DNA of 64,000 bases from an uncultured Chroococcidiopsis sp. (lineage in GTDB: Bacteria > Cyanobacteriota > Cyanobacteriia > Cyanobacteriales > Chroococcidiopsidaceae), in contig CAXTYC010000001.1 in assembly GCA_964248365.1 (NCBI GenBank), positions 332,151 through 396,150 on the forward strand. The letters run 5' to 3'. The position numbers and the translations under genes are program-made. Under the pieces are notes generated by a model that did no database searches, had not been told where the DNA came from, and was given only the letters and a program-made list of their open reading frames with translations. The stretch's first letter is position 1. Every line of letters starts with the position of its first letter. Below are positions 20,349 to 28,903 of the stretch, in pieces.

Positions 20349-21080
20349 TCAATCAATTGTTTCGGACGTTGCTCTACTATAATTAGGATACATACTATAA
20401 CCATCAGCACACTCAATAGCAGGTTTTCTTCGATCATGCTGGCGAGTTGGCTTGTAAAAAGAGAATCTGATATAACGCTCGCAAACTGCACAAGTCATTT
20501 TAAATGGGTAAATCCAACCACAATGCTTGACTATTAACTGAAATACCTCCCAATTTGTTCGATTTGTAGCACAACTTAATACTGCAATACAAAAATCTAA
20601 TAAACTGCTAGCACAAACCCATTCTTCAAGTTTAATACAGTTATCAATTTTGCTTGTTAGTTGCCTAATCAGGTTTTTCCTCAATTGTGATTGAAGCTGT
20701 CTAGTTAGTTCAAGCTTTTCTCTCAAAAGTTGTCTATATAGCTGGTTAAACAGTTGCTCGTCTAGTTGTTGGTATATCTGCAAATCCAGTTGATTTCTCA
20801 CTTGCTTCACTGGTTGTAAACGTTGTGACTTCAGTTGTTTGCTAAGTGGGTTTCCAAGGTGATGGTAAATAATTGTTTTAGCAGCGGCATAAGGACTATC
20901 ATAAAAAACTATTTCTGGCTCATTAACATAACACAAAGCATAAGCTGCTTTTATTGCATCGGCTGCTTTTTCCCGATCAATTCTCTGAGTTGAAAGTGCT
21001 ATCTTTCGCCACTCCCGATACACTGGAATTAAAGCTTCTTGTTCTGGTGTAAGGAAGGTAATAATTTTGTTTTCAGTCAT
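20349..21080 (-). CDS. DUF6745-like hypothetical protein, possibly degenerate at the C-terminus
   Basis: LTPEQEALIPVYRE.WRKIALST..IDREKA, Q/L-rich middle, CGWIYPF...C.VCER. Confidence 0.7.
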   Translation of the reverse strand: MTENKIITFLTPEQEALIPVYREWRKIALSTQRIDREKAADAIKAAYALCYVNEPEIVFYDSPYAAAKTIIYHHLGNPLSKQLKSQRLQPVKQVRNQLDLQIYQQLDEQLFNQLYRQLLREKLELTRQLQSQLRKNLIRQLTSKIDNCIKLEEWVCASSLLDFCIAVLSCATNRTNWEVFQLIVKHCGWIYPFKMTCAVCERYIRFSFYKPTRQHDRRKPAIECADGYSMYPNYSRATSETID

Positions 21081-21104
21081 CAGACGTTACTCTCGGTATA
21101 CAGG

Positions 21105-21149
21105 GAGGTAGAACCTCTAATAAAAGTATTCCCAGGCTGAACCTGGGAA
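21105..21149. repeat. Degenerate copy of the palindromic element at 12357-12405
   Basis: gaggtagaacctc ... ttcccaggctgaacctgggaa. Confidence 0.65.
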
Positions 21150-21196
21150 ATAGATAAAGCTAGATAGAAGAAAGCTCCAGTTAACCAAACATTAGC

Positions 21197-21515
21197 CTAC
21201 GCCACAGCACATCCCTTAGAGAGCCTGAACTCAGGCTCTCGAAAGCCTAAAACAATATGTTCTTTAGGAATTCCTGCTGCTGTCAAGTCGCTGGCGATAC
21301 CGTGTTCGGTTCCGTTGCATTATCCAAATTTTGCTATTAATAATGTCTATATAAACAATACAAGCATGAACTCGGCGATCGCCATCCCATCCCATATTTA
21401 CCATTAAATAGCGATCGTGTGTGTGATCAAAGACTACTTCAGTTTTAAACTTGCCGTAGGCGTAGGGAATAGCAGCATATTCAGATAAACTCTGCTCAAT
21501 AATTCTCCGAGTTGA
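21197..21515 (-). pseudogene. xisI: XisI-family protein pseudogene (5'-truncated and frameshifted; not in ORF track)
   Basis: Manual translation: RRIIEQSLSEYAAIPYAYG...VFDHTHDRYLMVNMGWDGDRRVHACIVYIDIINSKIWI.Q / GTEHGIASDLTAAGIPKEHIVLGFREPE.R...AVA*. Confidence 0.88.
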
Positions 21516-22166
21516 TTAAAACACTACTTTACGACAATGAAAGGCTTCCGCATATTTATGAGGTGAATTTGACTCAATTCCTCTCAGCCTTAATATTGAT
21601 AAAAAAGTATCTTCTGTAAACCACTGCTTTTCTTTTTGCGATTGAAAGCTATCAAGAATATACTTAACTTTATCCTGACAAATTTTTTCGTCTAGATGCA
21701 CAAAAAAATTAGGTATTCCTAAATCGCCATCGTATTTAGGAATTTCATATTCTAAAATTAAATGATTTCTAAATGTGTTCCAAGTCAAATCAGAAATTAA
21801 GCGATGATCTTGATGCAAATCATGTCGATAGTGTGTAAAAATAATATCAGGGGTAAACTCCTGCTTAAATTGTTCAAATACTTCTTTAACTTCAATTCCG
21901 TGAAAAGGGAGAAAACCATCTCTAAATTTTTTAATTAATACTTTTGCTTTTACGTCTTTTAAAAACTTATTTGCACTATGATAAGCTTCCTGCTCTCTCT
22001 GTGTATTTGCACTAAATACAACCCAATAAAATTCAATATTTGAATAATTCTTTATTAATTTTAAGATAGTGCCTCCACAGCCAATTTCTATGTCATCGCA
22101 ATGCGAACCTAGACACAGAACCTTGTAAGCTGAATCTGGCGTTTGCTCAAGTCTAAATTTAAGCAT
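21516..22166 (-). CDS. PIG-L/LmbE family deacetylase
   Basis: GSHCDDIEIGCGG and DLHQDH motifs. Confidence 0.9.
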   Translation of the reverse strand: MLKFRLEQTPDSAYKVLCLGSHCDDIEIGCGGTILKLIKNYSNIEFYWVVFSANTQREQEAYHSANKFLKDVKAKVLIKKFRDGFLPFHGIEVKEVFEQFKQEFTPDIIFTHYRHDLHQDHRLISDLTWNTFRNHLILEYEIPKYDGDLGIPNFFVHLDEKICQDKVKYILDSFQSQKEKQWFTEDTFLSILRLRGIESNSPHKYAEAFHCRKVVF

Positions 22167-22272
22167 ACTATAGAGGTTTTATTATTGATATTCGGTAAAT
22201 ATATTATTAAAGATACCCCCTTGACAAAGAAATTACAACAGATAACAGTTAAAAAAATAGTATAGGGCGTAA

Positions 22273-22293
22273 GGTGGGCAATGCCCACCCTAC
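22273..22293 (-). repeat. GTAG-type REP
   Basis: ggtgggcaatgcccaccctac. Confidence 0.85.
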
Positions 22294-22318
22294 AGTTATA
22301 ACCATCTTTATTTATTTA

Positions 22319-23161
22319 TCAGCCCAAATTTAATAGCTGAGAATCACGCCCATTCTGATAAGAATTTAGACTAACTACCTTCTCTAAACCCTTCCACACA
22401 GCCCAAGGAGCATTACCTTGAGAATACATATCATCTAGCTGTTGTTGCTCTTTAAAGGTGTCCATGCAAGCCCAGAAGCCATCATACTTATGAGCAATTA
22501 GTTGTTCTTGTTGGATTAGTCTTTCAAACGGTTCACATACCAACTCTTCTCCTGAATTGATATATTGAAATATTTCTTGTTTGAAGATAAAATATCCTCC
22601 ATTAATCCTAACACCAGCTTCTTTTACATCTTGAATGTTGTTAACTACACCATTTTCTTGCATGGTAACAAGATGAAAACTATGAGATGGTTTCACACAT
22701 ATAAAGCTAGCTATTTTATCCTGCTTGTGAAAATGTTCGATCATGTTGGGCAGATATAAATCTGTTAATCCATCACTATAGTTAGCTAAAAATACTTCTT
22801 CTCCTTCTAAATATTCTTCAACAGCTTTAAATCTTTGACCAATATTTGAATTCAAACCTGTATCGACAAAAGTAATCTTCCAATCTGCAATATCACTATT
22901 GCTAAGTTGAATTTTTTTGCCTCCTTCCATTAAAGTAAAATCGTTAGAAATGCACTCGTCATAGTTGAGAAAATAATTTTTGATTACATCTGCTTTATAA
23001 CCAAGGCACAAAATAAAATCTTTATGTCCAAAGGAAGCATAATATTTCATTACGTGCCATAATATCGGTCTGTAGCCAATATGAACCATTGGCTTAGGAA
23101 TACTTGATGAAAACTCTCTCAGCCTAGTTCCTAATCCGCCGCAAAATAAAACTACTTTCAT
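22319..23161 (-). CDS. rfbF: Glucose-1-phosphate cytidylyltransferase-like nucleotidyltransferase
   Basis: MKVVLFCGGLGTRL, PKPMV.IG, VDTG, INGGYF, GFWACMDT motifs. Confidence 0.85.
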   Translation of the reverse strand: MKVVLFCGGLGTRLREFSSSIPKPMVHIGYRPILWHVMKYYASFGHKDFILCLGYKADVIKNYFLNYDECISNDFTLMEGGKKIQLSNSDIADWKITFVDTGLNSNIGQRFKAVEEYLEGEEVFLANYSDGLTDLYLPNMIEHFHKQDKIASFICVKPSHSFHLVTMQENGVVNNIQDVKEAGVRINGGYFIFKQEIFQYINSGEELVCEPFERLIQQEQLIAHKYDGFWACMDTFKEQQQLDDMYSQGNAPWAVWKGLEKVVSLNSYQNGRDSQLLNLG

Positions 23162-23218
23162 TGCAGGTATCCTCATTTTTTGATTTGAACTGGACTTAAA
23201 TGGGGTTGAAAAGAATTG

Positions 23219-24451
23219 CTAACAAATATGAACATGGGGAATTGGTACAACAAATTGACAGCCCCACTCGCGCACATAAGACATTTGTGCCATTATCTCG
23301 TTTTTAAGATTCCAAGGTAAAATCAACAGATAATCTGGCTTGGTTTCTTTGATTTTGTCTGGGTGAAAAATTGGTATATGTGTTCCTGGTAGTAATTTAC
23401 CTTGTTTATAAGGATTGCGGTCTACAGTGTAGTCCAGAAAATCAGTTCTAATACCACAATAATTCAATAGTGTATTACCTTTACCTGGAGCGCCGTAACC
23501 AGCAATTGATTTCCCTTCGCGTTTAGCCGTAATTAAAAACTCTAAAAGTTTAAACTTTGTTTCTTCTACCTTCTTGCTGAAGGATTTGTAGTTTTCTATG
23601 TTACTAAATCCGGCAGCTTCTTCTCTAGCTTTTAGTTCCTTTACTTGCTCAGTAGTCTCTTTAGATTTATCTTCAGCATGACAAGCATAAATTCTCAAGG
23701 AACCACCATGAGTTGAGAGTTCTTCTACATCAAAAATTCTTAAACCGTGAGCAGCAAAAACCTTTTCAACTGTAATGAATGAAAAGTAACAGAAGTGTTC
23801 ATGATAAATAGTGTCAAACTGGTTTTCTTCTATCAACCGCATTAAATGCGGAAACTCCATAGTGATGATACCCTGGGGCAGAAGTAATATTTTAATACCT
23901 TTGACAAAATCGTTCAGTTCAGGTACATGAGCAAGTACATTATTACCCAGTATTAAATCAGCTTGCTTGCCCTTGGCAACCAATTCGCGTGCCGTTTTTT
24001 CTCCAAAGAACTTTACAAGTGTAGGAATACCTTTGTTTATCGCAACATCAGCTACATTTGCTGCTGGTTCTATTCCCAAAACAGGTATTTTTTGAGCAAC
24101 GAAATATTGAAGTAGATAACCATCATTGCTGGCTATTTCAACTACCTGACTTGAAGAATTCAAGCCAAAACGTGAGATCATCTTTTCAGTGTAATTCTTG
24201 GCGTGTTGTAGCCAACTGTCAGAGTAAGATGAAAAGTAAGCGTATTCGCTGAAAATTTCCCCAGGGTTTACATACTCTAGAAGTTGTACTAAAAAACAGC
24301 GATCGCACACATAAACATGAAGCGGATAAAATGGCTCCATTTGGTTTAGTTGTTCAGGAGTCAAGTAGCTTTCGCACAGCGGTGACATTCCTAAATCAAC
24401 AAAGGTGTGTTCTAATGTTGTCCCACAGAATCGACAGCAATAAGGCTTCAT
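23219..24451 (-). CDS. NDP-hexose C-methyltransferase (class I SAM-dependent, N-terminal Zn-binding)
   Basis: CRFCG, C..CFLVQL, VVEIASNDG, FDTIYHEH, THGGSLR, YGAPGKGNTLLN. Confidence 0.9.
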   Translation of the reverse strand: MKPYCCRFCGTTLEHTFVDLGMSPLCESYLTPEQLNQMEPFYPLHVYVCDRCFLVQLLEYVNPGEIFSEYAYFSSYSDSWLQHAKNYTEKMISRFGLNSSSQVVEIASNDGYLLQYFVAQKIPVLGIEPAANVADVAINKGIPTLVKFFGEKTARELVAKGKQADLILGNNVLAHVPELNDFVKGIKILLLPQGIITMEFPHLMRLIEENQFDTIYHEHFCYFSFITVEKVFAAHGLRIFDVEELSTHGGSLRIYACHAEDKSKETTEQVKELKAREEAAGFSNIENYKSFSKKVEETKFKLLEFLITAKREGKSIAGYGAPGKGNTLLNYCGIRTDFLDYTVDRNPYKQGKLLPGTHIPIFHPDKIKETKPDYLLILPWNLKNEIMAQMSYVREWGCQFVVPIPHVHIC

Positions 24452-24996
24452 TTTTGTATCCTTTTAGGTTAATTTATTAGCCCACCCGCGCATTCCTAGT
24501 TGGAAATTGCTCTACTCTTGTCTGTTCGCTACTAGTTTTTACTTTATTTAAACAGATATCTTATCCAAAAAAATAAATTATTCTGTTTGATTATCCCACT
24601 AATAATTATTTATTGGGATTACATATACTGTGAATCTATTTCTCTGCATATATTAGGTTTAGAGTTGATATCATTAGTATTAATTAAACGACAATGTACT
24701 AACTATAGCAACAACGCATAAATTGTTTTATGATTTTTTTTTTTAAATCTATGAAGATTGTATGAATTTTTTTTTAAGCTCAAATTGTTTAAACAGTATG
24801 TAAACAAGCTTTGTTTGAAATTATACGTTGATCAAATTCAATACTATCAAGCTTCAAAAAGCTAAATCCTTCAGACATGGATAAGATATGTCTAAAAAAA
24901 GTACAATTTATGACTAACTTTTTTAAATAATATTGTCATTATGAGCGAGCGCAAAGAATCCAGATTTCCCCGCTCAACAGTGCCAGATACCAGATC

Positions 24997-26697
24997 TCAG
25001 ACTCTATTGGTTTTAAAGACAGACTCGACGGTTGATTTAATCGACTCTTTAGCATCCTTAAACTTCTGCGCGATCGGATGTTGTGTCTGCAAAAATACCC
25101 TAGCGCAGTTGCGCCCTGGCATACCGGAAATTGAGCCACCTGGATGAGTCCCTGCACCTGTAAGGAACAATCTATCTATCGGAGTTTTGTAATTAGCTAT
25201 TTCTGGCAAAGGACGGAAGAATATCATTTGATCTAATGTCATGTCAATATGGTAGTAGTTCCCTTTGTAAGCACCTAACCTTTCTCCTAATTCGGCTGGA
25301 CTTTCAACACGACGAGCAATAATCGAATTTTTCAAATTAGGTGAATAATCTGCTAATTTATCAACTACCCGATCGGCTACTTGATTTTTTAATTCATCTG
25401 TCCAACCTGTACCATTTAAGCCTGTACCTTCTGCACCTGCAATTTGGTATGGTGCAAAAAACTCAATCCAAACAGTATGTTTTCCTGCGGGAGCCATTGA
25501 AGGATCAAGTCCGGTAGGCATCACCACATACATAGATGGGTTAGCATCTGGGATTTCTCCCAAGGTACATTTACTATGTGCCTGTTCAACATGACTTACT
25601 GAATCTGCAATTAAGATTGAGCCAATTAAATATTCATCTTTGTGTTCGTGATGTTCAAAACACAACGGTTTATCTATTGCCAAATCAATTTTGAGAATAG
25701 TTTCGTTATTATTAACAATACGGCGTTCTAATCTGTCTCGTAAATGTGGATCGGCATCATCAACTTCGCTGGTGTCCATCAATTGCAAAAATACTCGTTT
25801 GGCATCAATATTTGATATTACGCCTTTGTTAGCGCGGTATTCTGTACCGTCAGCTACCTGCACACCTACAGCACGACCGTTATCAATTAAGATTTTCTTA
25901 ACGTGCTGGTCTGTGAGGATGACACCGCCTTTACTTTTGACTAAATTTACCAATGCCTGCACCAATGCACCAGTACCGCCACGCGGTCTAGCCATACCTG
26001 GATTATGACGCATTGCCATCATAATCGCACCAATGGCAATTGTTTTTTGGGAGGGAGGCGCGCCGAGTTCTGAGGCTAGTCTTGCTAAGGGTGCTTTGAG
26101 AAATTCCTCGTCAAACCACTCGTTGAGGATATCCTCTGCGCTGGTTAACATAGTACGCACAAAGTCTAGGGTTTTATTTGGGGAACCGATGACGGAAAAT
26201 AAATCTTTGAATTTTTTAATGCTGTAGTTGCCAAAAATATCTATAACTGACTTGGGTGGTGCATTGAACATGGGAACCATTGCACTGATTGCCCGTTGCC
26301 AGTAGTCTGTATATTGGGCGTATTTTTTCGCGTCGCGATCGCTATATCGGGCAATTTCTGCACAAGTTTTCTCTAGTGACTTATGTCCTAAAAAGTACTT
26401 ACCATCTGGATGAGGACAGAACACAACTGGATCGCACTCTAGATACTCCAGTCCATACTTTTCTAGTTCTAATTCCTCTACCACTGGTCCTAAGTGAATA
26501 AACTCATGATCGATCGCACAAAGGTTAAATTTAAAACCAGGTGCTTCTTTTGGTAGGCATTCTTCCGTCGTTGCTGCACCGCCTGGAACTGAACGTTTCT
26601 CCAGTAGTAGGACGCTATATCCTGCTTTCAGCAGATAGGATGCACACACTAGCCCGTTATGTCCTGCTCCAATCATCACAACATCATAAGCTTGCAT
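24997..26697 (-). CDS. crtO: Beta-carotene ketolase CrtO
   Basis: IGAGHNGLV, CAIDHEFIHLGP and GAGTHPGGSISGMPGRNCA, as in cyanobacterial CrtO. Confidence 0.88.
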   Translation of the reverse strand: MQAYDVVMIGAGHNGLVCASYLLKAGYSVLLLEKRSVPGGAATTEECLPKEAPGFKFNLCAIDHEFIHLGPVVEELELEKYGLEYLECDPVVFCPHPDGKYFLGHKSLEKTCAEIARYSDRDAKKYAQYTDYWQRAISAMVPMFNAPPKSVIDIFGNYSIKKFKDLFSVIGSPNKTLDFVRTMLTSAEDILNEWFDEEFLKAPLARLASELGAPPSQKTIAIGAIMMAMRHNPGMARPRGGTGALVQALVNLVKSKGGVILTDQHVKKILIDNGRAVGVQVADGTEYRANKGVISNIDAKRVFLQLMDTSEVDDADPHLRDRLERRIVNNNETILKIDLAIDKPLCFEHHEHKDEYLIGSILIADSVSHVEQAHSKCTLGEIPDANPSMYVVMPTGLDPSMAPAGKHTVWIEFFAPYQIAGAEGTGLNGTGWTDELKNQVADRVVDKLADYSPNLKNSIIARRVESPAELGERLGAYKGNYYHIDMTLDQMIFFRPLPEIANYKTPIDRLFLTGAGTHPGGSISGMPGRNCARVFLQTQHPIAQKFKDAKESIKSTVESVFKTNRV

Positions 26698-27045
26698 TGC
26701 CTCCCCTCCCCCTATTATGCATTTTCTTGATCTTAAAAATCAGTTATAAAATATACAATCGGTCGTGAGTTAGAAAAATATTACTTTTTAGGGATGCGTT
26801 AGGGAAAAAATTTTCCCTGCTTAGTGGCGATCGCCCTTTTTCTCAAGGAAGTTAGGATTTAGTAATGTCGCGCAAAGGCGCAAAAGTTTAGATTGAAATC
26901 TCCCAGCTGGAATTTTAGGAACACGAGCGCAAACAAAATCGAGGTATCGTATAGGTTAGTTCTAAAGGCTGATGCACTAAAGAGTCTATTTGTCAAATAA
27001 TACTTATCAGTAGCAAAATTACAGTATAAAGCGAAGTGTCAGCTT

Positions 27046-27201
27046 ATGCCGTCTGAACAAGAGAAAGCGACGAAACCAAGTGATAATGTCCTTACTCCAC
27101 AGGAAAAGCCTTCTTTTCCAGTTGGTATTACTATTACTTTGCTCTTTTTAATTATTGGGTTGTTATTTGCATCTCTCTACTACGGCATTATCAACGTATA
27201 G
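27046..27201 (+). CDS. Small single-TM protein, 51 aa (below ORF-track cutoff)
   Basis: MPSEQEKATKPSDNVLTPQEKPSFPVGITITLLFLIIGLLFASLYYGIINV*. Confidence 0.65.
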   Translation: MPSEQEKATKPSDNVLTPQEKPSFPVGITITLLFLIIGLLFASLYYGIINV

Positions 27202-27556
27202 CACGTTTGTTAAAGTCAGTGGGTGTAGTAGTACCCAAAGGGACACGCTATGAATGCTAGATGGATTATTATAGCTATCCGGTGTGGCTGTCTTGTTTGA
27301 GGTAGGTTACTCACTTGCTGACGATATGCCTGGGCAACTTAATCGGGCTGCTGTTGCTAAGGAAAAATTGTCAAGTTATTATTGAGCGATCGCTCGAAAT
27401 TTTTCTGCTTTATCTTATCACTTGTAGCTTCTCCCTTTTTTAGGTGGAGTTTTGGCAATATTTACTAGTATCTCTTCCCGATGGGCGACGAGAGAAATAT
27501 TGAAATAGTGTAACACTAAATGTAGTTATTTAATAAAAAAGTCAAAAGGTATAGTC

Positions 27557-27670
27557 ATGAAAGACGACAAAAACTATTCCTTCAAAGGCAGCCCTAATGC
27601 TGGTTTAGTGCTTTCGATTTTGGCAATACTTGGTGCAATATTAGTTGTTTCTGTCGGTTTTTCAGGATAA
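27557..27670 (+). CDS. Small single-TM protein, 37 aa (below ORF-track cutoff)
   Basis: MKDDKNYSFKGSPNAGLVLSILAILGAILVVSVGFSG*, with an AAGGT SD-like sequence upstream. Confidence 0.6.
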   Translation: MKDDKNYSFKGSPNAGLVLSILAILGAILVVSVGFSG

Positions 27671-27784
27671 TTGTATATAGTTAAACCTCCAATCATCACC
27701 CAAAGAGCGGGAAGAGGAAATAACAGCCGCGATCGCATCTACCTTGGGGCAATTTATTTACTTTTTTGTCCCTGTGATCTTATG

Positions 27785-28477
27785 TTAGCGACGAATACGA
27801 GTAGAGCGATGTTTGCCCCAAACTCTCATACTCATAATACAGGCAATTAGCCACACCAGCCCCGCCGCATAACCAGCTGCTACATCAGTAGGCCAGTGAA
27901 CGCCAAGATAAAGCCGACTAAAACCGATCGCGGCAATTAAAATAATAGTACAGATAAAAATTAATTTTCGGTGTTGGGGAAATTTGGTTGCAAGTATATA
28001 GCCGATTAGACCATAAATCACCAGTGACACCATCGCATGACCACTGGGAAAACTATTGTTACCAACGTCAACTATGCGCTTCCATAGTGCAGGTCTTGCC
28101 CTACCAAATAGATGTTTGAGCCAAACGTTAAGTCCAATAGCTCCGACTACTGCTATACCCAGTGTTGCTGCTGTTGAGCGTTGTCCCTTTTTGAGTAGCC
28201 AAATTCCCATCCCCAAAGAAATTACGAACAAAACAGATGGATCGCCAATAAATGTGATTCCCATCATGGCTTGATCGAGCAGTGTTGTATGTATACGCCT
28301 GATTGCTAGCAAAATGCTTGTATCAAAAGCGTAAGTTTCTTTCTCTAAAACTTCGTCGGCAATCTGAGCGAACGCCCATAAAGAAAAGGCAGCAAGGAGT
28401 ATACCCCCGACTCTAATTCGCCAAATTAGTGAGAAAATCCGTGAATTACCTATGAGACTTTTAAGGCGCGATCGCAT
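27785..28477 (-). CDS. PAP2-family phosphatase
   Basis: K..FGRARP, SFPSGHA and SRLYLGVHWPTD motifs. Confidence 0.93.
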   Translation of the reverse strand: MRSRLKSLIGNSRIFSLIWRIRVGGILLAAFSLWAFAQIADEVLEKETYAFDTSILLAIRRIHTTLLDQAMMGITFIGDPSVLFVISLGMGIWLLKKGQRSTAATLGIAVVGAIGLNVWLKHLFGRARPALWKRIVDVGNNSFPSGHAMVSLVIYGLIGYILATKFPQHRKLIFICTIILIAAIGFSRLYLGVHWPTDVAAGYAAGLVWLIACIMSMRVWGKHRSTRIRR

Positions 28478-28509
28478 CTGAAATTATTTTTGCTGGTTAT
28501 CTTCTGTGT

Positions 28510-28743
28510 CTAGGCAAAATTTTCCCAAGCTTGAACTAATACTTCGCTCAGGATGCGGCGTTGCTGAGTATCTAACAAGCTATCGTCAGCTAGTACTTGA
28601 GCGGTTAAATGTTCTAAGGATTGACCTTGAGAACGGACTAATTTAATTACTTTGGCGATCGCCTGGGCAATTAATTCTTCATTAACTGGCTTTTGTCGCA
28701 GAGCAACAATTTCTTGGGGACTGTCTGGGATGGGATAATGCAT
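28510..28743 (-). CDS. Small hypothetical protein
   Basis: 77-aa ORF with ATG start, divergent from cruA; protein-like helical composition. Confidence 0.75.
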   Translation of the reverse strand: MHYPIPDSPQEIVALRQKPVNEELIAQAIAKVIKLVRSQGQSLEHLTAQVLADDSLLDTQQRRILSEVLVQAWENFA

Positions 28744-28903
28744 GGCGTGAGTTTACTAAGTTAGGGACTGTTTTTATTCTTCTGACCGAATTGTAAAGTT
28801 TTTTTAAAATTTCTCAGGAAACTTGTATTTGGCGAGTTTACCCTGGTCTGTGCCTTTGTCGCCTCTATCTGCATTGGTAATTAACAAAGCTAAAATCACC
28901 AAA

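Noticed and set aside
17465..26697. crtO duplication as an assembly artefact
   Set aside because: The copies differ at many synonymous and non-synonymous sites throughout, so they are genuine paralogues.
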